Origin: an uncultured Chloroflexia bacterium
GTDB lineage: Bacteria; Chloroflexota; UBA6077; JACCZL01
Length of the DNA: 64,000 nt
Assembly: GCA_963765765.1 (NCBI GenBank)
Contig: CAVXYC010000030.1
Span: forward strand, 1 to 64,000
Direction: 5' to 3'
Part shown: positions 10,810-20,111 of the stretch, in pieces
Position numbering within the stretch: position 1 is the stretch's first letter
How the letters are laid out: each line of letters starts with the position of its first letter
The notes under the pieces: generated by a model
Database searches by the model: none
What the model was told of the DNA's origin: nothing
The model's input: only the letters and a program-made list of their open reading frames with translations
Made by a program: the position numbers and the translations under genes

Positions 10810-12387
10810 ATGTACGCAGTACCAAGTGTTGAAGATGTCCTGGAAACGGCAAAGTCCTTGGGGATCCACCTGGGGGCCGACGAAGCCGTCCTATACCGCA
10901 AATATCTCATCGAGCAGCTCGACCAATTCGACGCCTTCGTTCAGTCGCGCATCGAAGGTGAGGAGACGCCGCCGAGGTATCCCGGAGCGCGCGAGCCTGG
11001 ATATAGGCCCAGCGCCCAGGAAGACCCCCTGAATGCCTGGATGTGGAAGTGCATGATCCCGGGCGCAGACTCGGGTCTGCTGGCGGGTAAATCAGTCAGC
11101 TTCAAAGACCACACCGCTGTCGCCAGCATCCCGATGAGTTTTGGCACCTTCGCGCTTGACGGGTTCATACCGGACTTTGACGCCACCATAGTCCGTCGCG
11201 TGCTCGAATCCGGCGGCACGATTATCGGCAAGAACGTGATGAACGGCCTTGCTGGCGGATTCGGCTCGGGCGGTGGAATCGGCGATTACGGTCGGCCGCT
11301 CAACCCGCACAACACTGCGCATCTGACCGGCGGCTCCTCTTCCGGTTCCGGCGCCGCCGTGGCTAATGGCGAGGTGGATATCTCCTACGGTGGTGACCAG
11401 GGTGGCTCTATCCGAAGCCCCGCCGCGTGGTGCGGCATCCTTGGTCTCAAGCCGACTTTCGGTTTGATCTCGCACTTTGGTATCGGGTTCGGGTCAGATC
11501 AGAGCATCGACTACACTGGTCCAATGGCCCGAACGGCCGAGGATCTGGCAGCGGCCCTCCAGGCAACAGCCGGATATGATGCGCTCGATCCGCGCTCAAC
11601 GCGCAACGTGCCGTTAACCATGGACGTGCTGGATGGTCTGCAGGGCGGCGTGGATGGACTGCGCATCGGGATCATCAAGGAAGGTACGGATCCCGCTTCT
11701 GCGGACGTCAAGGAGCAGATGATGGCTGCGCTTGACGTGCTGACCGGCAATGGGGCCACCGTCACGGAGGTCTCGGTCCCAAGCTTCTATGAGACGCGGA
11801 CGGCGCAGAACGCGCTCGCCGAGGGCCCACTCTCGCTGTTCAAGACCGGCTTTTTCGGGGCGTTCACACGCACGTACTATCCGCCGGCGTTGATCGCCGC
11901 GATCAATGAGATGTGGGCTTCTCATGCGGATACCCTGGCGCCGCGCACCAAGTTGTCGTTGATAGCGGCGGAGATCGCGCGCAGGAATTACAACGGCCGC
12001 GTGTACGCGAAGGGGCAGAACGCGCGCGCCGCGTTCATCAAGATGTTCGACGCGGCGTTAGAGGATGTGGACGTGCTGGTGTTGCCGACGCGCCTCACGA
12101 CCGCACCTAAATACGATCGACCGACGACGTTCATGGAATCCGTCGAGGACAACCTAGCTTACAACGGTCCAAGTACGCTCCAGAACACCCAGCAGTTCGA
12201 TTACACGGGCCACCCAGCGCTGGCCATGCCAGTGGGCAAGTCCGCCGCAGGCATGCCGGTGAGCATGCAGCTTGTGGGTAAGTTCTTCGATGACCCGTTG
12301 CTGCTACGGGTGGCGTACGCCTTCGAGCACTCGGTTGATTGGAACGCCGTCATTGGCGTCGGATCCACTGAGCTCGTCACCGCTTAG
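10810..12387 (+). CDS. Amidase (amidase-signature family), copy 1
   Basis: SFKDH (Lys), GGSSSGS, GDQGGSIRSPAAWCG, GLKPT. Confidence 0.92.
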   Translation: MYAVPSVEDVLETAKSLGIHLGADEAVLYRKYLIEQLDQFDAFVQSRIEGEETPPRYPGAREPGYRPSAQEDPLNAWMWKCMIPGADSGLLAGKSVSFKDHTAVASIPMSFGTFALDGFIPDFDATIVRRVLESGGTIIGKNVMNGLAGGFGSGGGIGDYGRPLNPHNTAHLTGGSSSGSGAAVANGEVDISYGGDQGGSIRSPAAWCGILGLKPTFGLISHFGIGFGSDQSIDYTGPMARTAEDLAAALQATAGYDALDPRSTRNVPLTMDVLDGLQGGVDGLRIGIIKEGTDPASADVKEQMMAALDVLTGNGATVTEVSVPSFYETRTAQNALAEGPLSLFKTGFFGAFTRTYYPPALIAAINEMWASHADTLAPRTKLSLIAAEIARRNYNGRVYAKGQNARAAFIKMFDAALEDVDVLVLPTRLTTAPKYDRPTTFMESVEDNLAYNGPSTLQNTQQFDYTGHPALAMPVGKSAAGMPVSMQLVGKFFDDPLLLRVAYAFEHSVDWNAVIGVGSTELVTA

Positions 12388-12407
12388 CTCGCGAAAGGGA
12401 CCCCACT

Positions 12408-14111
12408 GTGGCCGTGAATAGCCGATCTCTTCTTCGCACCAGCGCCGCGATTACCCTCGTGGTGCTGGGCGCAAGCCTCGCGGCGGCATGCCGGCCGGCC
12501 GCTAACCCCAGCGCATCCAGCAGCTCCGGTTCCGCAAGGACCGGGGCTGCGCCAAACGAGGCAGCCGCGACCTTCAACACTCGCACCATTGCCGGTAACG
12601 GCAACGGCGGAATTCTCCGCATCGGTATGACTGCCGGCAACGTCCCGATCCCTGACACGCCCACCAATGAAGGCGGTGAAGGTCGGCGCTTCGTCGGCTC
12701 GCAGATCTACGAGGGGCTCACTCGTCTCAACACGGAGCAGGATGCCACGTGGACCCAGCCCGTTCCTGGCATGGCTGAGTCCTGGACGGTGTCCGACGAC
12801 AAGCTCACCTGGACCTTCAAGCTCCGCCAGGGACAGAAGTTCCACGATGGCACGCCTTTCAATGCCGATGCAGTCAAATTCGGGCTCGATCGCGTGATCG
12901 ATAAGGGCGCACCACAGTACAACGCGGCCCTCGCCTCGGCCGCGGCGCAAAACACGGTCGGCATCGCAAGCGTGGCGGTGATCGATGACTCCACCGTTTC
13001 TATCACAACCAGGGCGCCGTACTCCTTTCTGCTCTGGGACCTGACAGTTTTGCTGCTGCCCAGTCCAACCGCCGTTCAGCAGTGGGGCAAGGATTACGTC
13101 CAGCACGCCTCCGGCACTGGCCCCTTCAAAATGACCAAATACGTGGACGGTCAGGTGATGGAGTTGGAGCCGAACCCGGACTACTGGCAGGGCAAGCCGA
13201 AGCTGGACAAGCTGGTGCTGCTCCCAATGCCTGAGCCCGCCGCACGTCTGGCCGGGATTCAGGCGGGCGATATTGACTGGGCGGAGATCCCGCCCCCGAA
13301 CGCCGTGCCTCAGCTCAAGGACATGGGCTTCCAGATCATCACTGGCCCATACCCCCACATCATGACGTACAAGCTCAACATCGACCGGCCACCGTTCAAC
13401 GACGTACGCGTTCGGCAAGCCGTGAACTACGCCGTGAACCGCGATTCTCAGGTGGCCGTCATCGATGGATTCGGCTTTCCAGCCGGCCAATACATTCACA
13501 AGGGCCATCCGTACTACGACGACTCCTGGGAAGGCTTCACCTACAACCCTGCCAAGGCGAAGGAGCTCCTGGCCGCCGCCGGCTATGCGGACGGCTTCAA
13601 GGCCCGCATGGCGTATCCAACAAGCGGCTCGGGGAACATGTGGCCCGGCCCAATGAACGAGCGGCTCAAGGCCGACTTAAAGGCGTTCAACATCGATGTG
13701 GAGCTGGTACCACTGGAGTGGAACACCATCACGACGGCCAACCGAGCCGGGTTCAAAAACCCTGACTGGTCCGGCTACGACATGATCCACATCTCGCAGA
13801 GCCTGTCAACGCCGGCCATGGTGCGGAGCTTCACGTCCTTCGCCGTCCAGCCGCAGGGCTGCTGCAATCCATCCGGCTGGTCAACTCCGGAAGCGGACGC
13901 GATGTGGGTGGAAGCGGAGCGCACGTTCGACCTCGACAAGCAGAACGAGCTCCTGCGCCGCATCCAATCGGCCGCCATGCAGGATGGTTACGCGCTCATC
14001 ACCGTGCACGACAAGAACCTTCGGGTGATGAACAACAACGTTCGCAACTTCATCCAGCCGCAGTCGTGGACGGTTGATCTCTATGGCGTTTATATGGACA
14101 AGAGCACCTGA
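12408..14111 (+). CDS. Family-5 (Opp/Dpp) ABC substrate-binding lipoprotein
   Basis: Lipobox LAAAC, WTFKLRQGQKFHDGTPFNADAV, GTGPF, DVRVRQAVNYAVNR. Confidence 0.9.
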   Translation: MAVNSRSLLRTSAAITLVVLGASLAAACRPAANPSASSSSGSARTGAAPNEAAATFNTRTIAGNGNGGILRIGMTAGNVPIPDTPTNEGGEGRRFVGSQIYEGLTRLNTEQDATWTQPVPGMAESWTVSDDKLTWTFKLRQGQKFHDGTPFNADAVKFGLDRVIDKGAPQYNAALASAAAQNTVGIASVAVIDDSTVSITTRAPYSFLLWDLTVLLLPSPTAVQQWGKDYVQHASGTGPFKMTKYVDGQVMELEPNPDYWQGKPKLDKLVLLPMPEPAARLAGIQAGDIDWAEIPPPNAVPQLKDMGFQIITGPYPHIMTYKLNIDRPPFNDVRVRQAVNYAVNRDSQVAVIDGFGFPAGQYIHKGHPYYDDSWEGFTYNPAKAKELLAAAGYADGFKARMAYPTSGSGNMWPGPMNERLKADLKAFNIDVELVPLEWNTITTANRAGFKNPDWSGYDMIHISQSLSTPAMVRSFTSFAVQPQGCCNPSGWSTPEADAMWVEAERTFDLDKQNELLRRIQSAAMQDGYALITVHDKNLRVMNNNVRNFIQPQSWTVDLYGVYMDKST

Positions 14112-14223
14112 CCATCTTCACGTGTCAATGAAGAGGCGATTGTCCCCGGTGGGGCGGGCAGAAACGCCCGTCCCGCTAAGGTATCGTCTCGGCAATTCAC
14201 CGTCTCGGACGGCGGATATGTTC

Positions 14224-14693
14224 TCACGCTCTGCTAGACGTTACCCCTTCTGGCCGGGCGGTCTCGTTCCGATACCCGCCATTAGCGTAACCGAGCTTCG
14301 TGGGCGCGCGCATCTGTCGATATCTCTGCGTTGACTGACGGACGCCGACCACTGAGCACGCTCGCCGTTCCGATGCTCCGTACTGGACCTGAAGAAAGCC
14401 CACCGCGCGGCGATACGCGGCGGGCTTCAGAAGTTTTTTGGAGTCAGATCCCGGAGCATGGCGTTGTCTTGCGACTGGGCTGTCAGCAGTCGCTGCAGTC
14501 GCGCGTTCTCCTCCTGGAGATGCTGGAGCCGCTCAGCCTCGCTCACGTTCAGGCCTGAGTACTTCTGCTTCCACCTATAGAAGGTGGGCTCGCTGATTCC
14601 GTGTCTACGGCAGAGATCGGCAGCAAGAACGCCAGCTTCGTGCTGCCTGAGGATGTCCATGATCTGGTCCACGCTGAATCGACTCACTCGTAT
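14224..14693 (-). mobile_element. IS3-family orfA (stop 14427; ATA at the position of the copy-1 ATG, GTG at 14687) plus -1 frameshift into truncated orfB stub (stop 14224); copy 2
   Basis: About 65/88 aa identical to copy 1 by manual alignment; A6C slippery site plus 13-bp hairpin; stub GASERRACSVVGVRQSTQRYR then unrelated tail. Confidence 0.88.
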
Positions 14694-14890
14694 TGTCGGC
14701 CTCCCGAAACGACCGTGAACAACACACTCTCACAATAATTGGACCAATAGTTTCCTATTGCCACCATCAATATTAGACACCATGTGTTGTTGCCAGAGAC
14801 ATTTGTGACCAACCTCTATGATGCGATCAATTTTATTGTGCGCCCGACATCAATGACCGGCTGGACGTGAGTGCTACGATGCCTATGTTG
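14694..14890. promoter_or_regulatory. Conserved non-coding region upstream of IS3 stub, copy 2
   Basis: ATTGGACCAAT 14738-14748, ATTAGACACCATGTGTT 14772-14788, ATTTGTGACCAACCTCTATG 14801-14820. Confidence 0.65.
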
Positions 14891-15218
14891 AATTAGTCAA
14901 CCGACTCATGAATCGACACTTGCACAGAAGTAAGTTGCGCATACAGAGAGTTCATGGGGAATACTAATCATCGATTATCAACCGATGCTCTTTCCAATAA
15001 CTATTATGAATCGATGTTGAAGCATTCAAAATATTAATAGTGAATTATAGTCACTCAGCACTCGAAAGAATGAACGAGCTAATGGCGATGTATTTAATCA
15101 AGAAATCAAATTCTGTTTTGCAACAACGCGGAACCAATCGATGAAGAAAGGTCGTTTAAATGAAGCACCTTCCCGCGCCGTCCATTCTTGAATTCACGCG
15201 ACTCAGGGAGTACGCATC

Positions 15219-16225
15219 ATGAGCCTGGTTATGGAACGCCCCGCGGCGGTCAAGCCGACCACATCGGAGTCGCCGGTGCTGGACGTCCGCCGATTGACGA
15301 CTGAGTTCAATACCTACGCCGGACCTTTGCGAGCGGTGAATGAGATGTCTTTCACGCTCCAGCGCGGTCGGGTTCTGGCGATCATCGGGGAGTCTGGCTC
15401 TGGTAAGAGCGCGCTCCTGCGCACGATTCTCGGGATTCAGCCCCACAATGCCCGCATCGACGGCGAGATCTTCCTCAACGGCGTGGACCTTCTAAGGCTC
15501 CCGGCGAGCGAGCGCGAGGACATCCGCGGCGGCGTGGTGTCGATGGTCTTCCAGGACCCAATGACGGCATTGGACCCGATCTACACCGTTGAGCAGCAGC
15601 TTGTGGAGACCATTCGTCGCCACTCGCCGATGAACGCAGGGGAAGCGAAGGCGCGAGCGCTCGAACTCCTCGAGCTGGTGCAGATCCCATCGCCAGAACG
15701 ACGACTCAAGGCATTCCCATTCGAGCTGAGCGGTGGCATGCGTCAGCGCATCGTTATTGCGATGGCGTTGGCTTCTACGCCCAGCCTGCTGCTCGCGGAT
15801 GAGCCGACCACGGCGCTGGACGTCACGGTCCAGGGGCGAATATTGCGGCTTCTCGCTGACCTTCAGCGGCAGCTCGGCATGAGTGTTGTCTTTGTCACGC
15901 ACGACCTCGCCGTGGCTGCCCAGATCGCGGATGACTTGATCGTGATGTACGCCGGTCGGGTCGTTGAATCGGGACTCGCATCCGAGATCGTTCGCTCGCC
16001 ATCGCATCCGTACACTCGGGGGCTATTGGCCGCGAATGTCCAGCCCGGGCAAAAGGAGCGGCCAGCAGTTATTCCGGGCTCACCGCCCAATATGGTGCGC
16101 CTTCCCCGGGTTGTGCTTTCGCTCCGCGGTGCGCGTTGGCCCAAGAGCAGTGCTGGGAATCCATGCCGGATCTGAGCTCGCTGTCAGCAACGCATTTTGC
16201 GCGCTGCGTCGTAACTGAGTCGTAA
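15219..16225 (+). CDS. Oligopeptide/dipeptide ABC ATPase (OppD/DppD-like), frameshift near 16107
   Basis: GESGSGKS, LSGGMRQR, DEPTTALD, HPYT; shifted frame gives GCAFAPRC...ARCVVTES* ending 16225. Confidence 0.88.
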
Positions 16226-16338
16226 GCGCCCAAGCTCGAAGCGCCACCTGAAGAGATAGCGATACACGAATGGGAGGCGGTTTCGTTCGATCCAACGTCG
16301 ACTGTTAAGCACGGATAACTTGAAAGAGGAAAAACCAG

Positions 16339-17913
16339 ATGTACGCAGTACCGAGTGTTGAAGAAGTAGTGGAAGTCGCCAGGTCACTGGGGATTCACCT
16401 GGGAGCTGACGAGGCCGCGCTGTATCAAAAATATCTCCTGGCGCAGCTCGATGAGTTCGACGCCTTTGTGCAGTCGCGGATCGCGGAAGACGCGCCGCCC
16501 ATGTACTCGCCGGCTCGCGCGCCGGGCTATAGGCCAAGCGCGGATGAAGATCCGCTGAACGCCTGGATGTGGAAGTGCATGATCCCCGGCGCGGACTCAG
16601 GTCTTCTATCCGGCAAGACTGTGAGCTTCAAAGACCATGTCGCCGTTGGCGGCATCCCCATGAGCTGGGGGACCTTCGCGCTGGATGGCTTCATTCCTGA
16701 CTTCGATGCCACCATCGTCAATCGGGTGCTCGAGGCGGGCGGCACGATCATCGGCAAGAACGTGATGAATGGTCTGGCAGGTGGTTTTGGGACAGGCGGT
16801 GCGATCGGCGACTACGGTCGTCCGCTGAACCCTCATAACACAGAGCACGTCACCGGCGGCTCATCCGCTGGCTCAGGCGCCGCCGTGGCGGCCGGTGAAG
16901 TGGACATCTCCTTTGGTGGTGACCAGGGCGGCTCCATCCGAATTCCCGCCGCCTTCTGCGGCATTCTGGGCCTCAAGCCCACCTTCGGACTCATCTCCCA
17001 TTTCGGCATCGGCTTCGGCTCGGACCAGAGCATCGATTACACGGGACCGATGGCCCGAACCGCGGAAGAGACAGCGGCGGCTCTCCAGGCAACAGCCGGA
17101 TATGACGCGTACGATCCACGCTCCACGCGCGACGTTCCGGAGACCATGGACGTGCTCAGCGGCCTGAGGGATGGTGTGGATGGCCTGCGCATCGGCATCG
17201 TCAAGGAGGGGACCGATAGCGCGACCGACGAAGTCAAAGACATGTTCATGGCAGCCATTGATGTGCTGACGAAAAATGGCGCCACGGTGACCGAGCTCTC
17301 GATTCCTGAGCACATCGGGATGCGCGCAGCACAGAACGCGCTGGGCGAGGGGCCACTCTCGCTGTTCAAGACCGGCTTCTTCGGCGCATTCACTCGGACG
17401 TACTACCCGTCCTCGTTGATTGCCGCGATCAACCAAATGTGGGCGTCACACGCGGACACGCTTGCGCCGCGCACGAAGATGTCGCTGATCGCCGCGGAGA
17501 TGGCGCGGAAGAACTACAACGGGCGCGTCTACGCCAAGGGCCAGAACGCGCGCAATGCCTTCATCAAGGCGTACGACGCGGCGTTGCAGGATGTGGACGT
17601 GCTGGTGATGCCCACCTGCTTGATGACCGCGCCGAAGAACCATCGTCCGGAGACGTTCCTTGAGGCTGTCGAGGACAACCTCTCGGCGATGAGTCGCAGC
17701 GCGTCAACAAACACGCAGCCATTCAATTACACGGGTCATCCAGCGTTGTCTATGCCAGTGGGCAAGTCCGCCGCGGGACTGCCCGGCAGCATGCAGATCA
17801 TCGGTCGCTTCTTCGACGATCCGCTGGTCATGCGCGTCGCCTACGCCTTCGAGCATTCCGTTGACTGGGACGCCGTTGTGGGCGTCAAGTCCACTGAGCT
17901 AGTCAGCGTCTAG
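16339..17913 (+). CDS. Amidase (amidase-signature family), copy 2
   Basis: SFKDH, GGSSAGS, GDQGGSIRIPAAFCG; close paralog of 10810..12387. Confidence 0.92.
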   Translation: MYAVPSVEEVVEVARSLGIHLGADEAALYQKYLLAQLDEFDAFVQSRIAEDAPPMYSPARAPGYRPSADEDPLNAWMWKCMIPGADSGLLSGKTVSFKDHVAVGGIPMSWGTFALDGFIPDFDATIVNRVLEAGGTIIGKNVMNGLAGGFGTGGAIGDYGRPLNPHNTEHVTGGSSAGSGAAVAAGEVDISFGGDQGGSIRIPAAFCGILGLKPTFGLISHFGIGFGSDQSIDYTGPMARTAEETAAALQATAGYDAYDPRSTRDVPETMDVLSGLRDGVDGLRIGIVKEGTDSATDEVKDMFMAAIDVLTKNGATVTELSIPEHIGMRAAQNALGEGPLSLFKTGFFGAFTRTYYPSSLIAAINQMWASHADTLAPRTKMSLIAAEMARKNYNGRVYAKGQNARNAFIKAYDAALQDVDVLVMPTCLMTAPKNHRPETFLEAVEDNLSAMSRSASTNTQPFNYTGHPALSMPVGKSAAGLPGSMQIIGRFFDDPLVMRVAYAFEHSVDWDAVVGVKSTELVSV

Positions 17914-17933
17914 CTCTCGGAAGGACGGTAGAG

Positions 17934-18203
17934 GTGACAACGAATCGTCGATCTTTTCTTCGCACCGCGGCCCTGATGGGCCTCGGTGCCCTGAGCGTGG
18001 ACCTGCTGGCCGCTTGTCGGCCAGCGGCCCCTAGCTCGTCGACTGGCGCGGCCCCCAAAGTCGCGGCACCGGCCGGCGGCGCGCAGGCACCGGTGTTCAA
18101 CACTTATTCGCTCAAGGGCACGGGCAGCGGTGGAGTCTTGCGTATCGGCATGAGCGCCACCAACATCCCAATCCCTAACGTCTACATGGAGAAGAGCGCG
18201 TGA
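17934..18203 (+). pseudogene. Family-5 SBP with large in-frame internal deletion (89-aa mini-lipoprotein)
   Basis: NRRSFL Tat-like signal, LAAC lipobox, LRIGMSATNIPIPN joined directly to VYMEKSA* (paralog ends VYMDKST*). Confidence 0.8.
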
Positions 18204-19147
18204 GTATCTCTGCACTACTCCGCCGTGTGGGAATGGGCTTTCTCACAGCGTTCGGCGTGTCCATCGTTATCTTCGTGCTGCTCTCGGTACTTCCTGGAGA
18301 CCCACTCGCGGGGCTCCTTCCTGAGAGCGCGCAGCCGAAAGATCGGGAAGAGCTTGCCCAGCAGCTTGGTTTGGACAAGCCCCTACCTGTGCGCTACGTG
18401 AACTGGATCAGTGATCTGGCCCGTGGGGACTTCGGCTACTCGCCGTTCAGACGCCGCAACGTTTCCGATCTGATCGCTGCCGCATGGCAGAACACCGCCG
18501 TCCTGGCGATCGCGTCCGCGGTCGTTGGATTGGGGATGGGAATCATTGCGGGCATCACCGCCGCGGTGTTCCACGGACGTTGGCCTGACCGGGTGGTCTC
18601 GACACTGGCACTCACGGGTCTTAGCGTCCCCTCGTACTTCATAGCGATTCTGCTGATCATCGTGTTCTCCGCGCAGCTCAAGGTTCTGCCTGGGTCGGGG
18701 ATGCACGGCTCGGAAGGCGGTGCGCTCGATTTCCTGAGTCACCTGATCATGCCGCTCATTGCGGGCTCGCTGGTGACGCTGGGCGTAACGGCCCGGGTTA
18801 CTCGTGCGAGTGTGACGGAGACCTTTGGCGCTGACTTCGTCGAATTGCTGCGAGCCAAGGGGTTGCGCGCGTATCAGGTGCTGCCCCACGTCATCAAGAA
18901 TGCCGCGTCGCCAGTGCTGACGACGTCTGGCCTACAAGTGGGAAATTTGTTGGGCGGCGCCGTGCTCATTGAAACGATTTTCAGCTGGCCAGGCATTGGC
19001 TCGCTCGTCTACACGGCAATCAGCGCCCGAGACCTGCGTGTGGTGCAGGGCGCCACGCTTGTCATCGCGATGACGTTTGTGGTGCTCAATGTACTGGTTG
19101 ACCTCCTGCAGATGATGATCGATCCGCGCCAGCGCGGGACGACTTAA
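18200..19147 (+). CDS. Opp/Dpp ABC permease (B-type)
   Basis: PGDP, GLDKPLPVRY, RAKGL, ETIFSWPGIG, IDPR. Confidence 0.9.
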   Translation: MSISALLRRVGMGFLTAFGVSIVIFVLLSVLPGDPLAGLLPESAQPKDREELAQQLGLDKPLPVRYVNWISDLARGDFGYSPFRRRNVSDLIAAAWQNTAVLAIASAVVGLGMGIIAGITAAVFHGRWPDRVVSTLALTGLSVPSYFIAILLIIVFSAQLKVLPGSGMHGSEGGALDFLSHLIMPLIAGSLVTLGVTARVTRASVTETFGADFVELLRAKGLRAYQVLPHVIKNAASPVLTTSGLQVGNLLGGAVLIETIFSWPGIGSLVYTAISARDLRVVQGATLVIAMTFVVLNVLVDLLQMMIDPRQRGTT

Positions 19148-19166
19148 GGAGAGGAGGTAGCGTCAA

Positions 19167-20111
19167 ATGGCAACAACATTTCCAACTCGGGAATTGCCGG
19201 CAACACTGCCGACTGGTACTCCCTCAGCGATTGCGCAAGCGTGGGCTGAGTCGGATGTTCCGGTCGCACCGCGCTCCTACTGGGCGGATGTGCGAAGCCG
19301 ACTCCGGCGCAACCGAATCGCGGTTGCCTCCATGTCAGTCTTAGCCGTGCTGGTGTTGACTTGTGTTGCGGCCGGTTTGATCTCACCATATGACCCCAAC
19401 GTGGGCGAGGTGTCCGATCGGCTGCTGCCGATCGGCGATCCGGACCATATCTTAGGCACGGACGACCAGGGCCGCGACATGCTTTCGCGACTTCTCTGGG
19501 GTGGGCAGCTTTCCCTGCTGGCGGGTTTCGCTCCGGTGCTGATCGCCACTGCCATCGGCACGGCCATTGGAGCGTTCGCCGGATATGTCGGCGGCGCGGT
19601 TCGGTCAGGCCTCATGCGCAGCCTGGACATCTTTTACGGACTCCCGGCAATTCTGCTGGCGATTGCCATCGGCGCGTCACTTGGACCGGGCCTGCTCAAT
19701 GTGATCATTTCGGTCAGCATCGTGTACATCGCTCCAATAGCTCGTGTTGCCGAAGCGGCCACGCGCAGGGCGATGGTGGATGAGTACATCGAGGCAGCTC
19801 GATTGAGCGGTGCTGGAGCTCCCGCAATCATTTTCTCGGAGCTACTGCCGAACATCTTCAATCCGATCTTCGTGTACTCGGCGGGCCTGGTGGGCCTGAG
19901 CATGATCATCGCCTCGAGCCTCAGCTTCCTTGGCCTCGGCTCGCGTCCTCCCACTCCGGAGTGGGGCTACATGCTCAACTCGCTGCGACCGATGATCTAC
20001 ATGAACCCGTGGGTGGTGGCGCTGCCGGGATTGATGATTTTCATTACTTCGGTCGCATTTAACACTCTGAGCGACGCAATTCGCGACGCGATGGATATCA
20101 AGAGCTCCTGA
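19167..20111 (+). CDS. Opp/Dpp ABC permease (C-type)
   Basis: HILGTDDQGRDMLSRL, EYIEAARLSGA, LSFLGLG, PEWG. Confidence 0.9.
   Translation: MATTFPTRELPATLPTGTPSAIAQAWAESDVPVAPRSYWADVRSRLRRNRIAVASMSVLAVLVLTCVAAGLISPYDPNVGEVSDRLLPIGDPDHILGTDDQGRDMLSRLLWGGQLSLLAGFAPVLIATAIGTAIGAFAGYVGGAVRSGLMRSLDIFYGLPAILLAIAIGASLGPGLLNVIISVSIVYIAPIARVAEAATRRAMVDEYIEAARLSGAGAPAIIFSELLPNIFNPIFVYSAGLVGLSMIIASSLSFLGLGSRPPTPEWGYMLNSLRPMIYMNPWVVALPGLMIFITSVAFNTLSDAIRDAMDIKSS

Larger units (their letters stand above)
9765..18203. repeat. Old diverged tandem duplication: unit 1 ~9765-14111, unit 2 ~14224-18203
   Basis: Same order in both units: IS3 stub(-), conserved boxes, AT-rich spacer, ABC ATPase (remnant vs intact), amidase, family-5 SBP (intact vs internally deleted). 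Confidence 0.8.
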
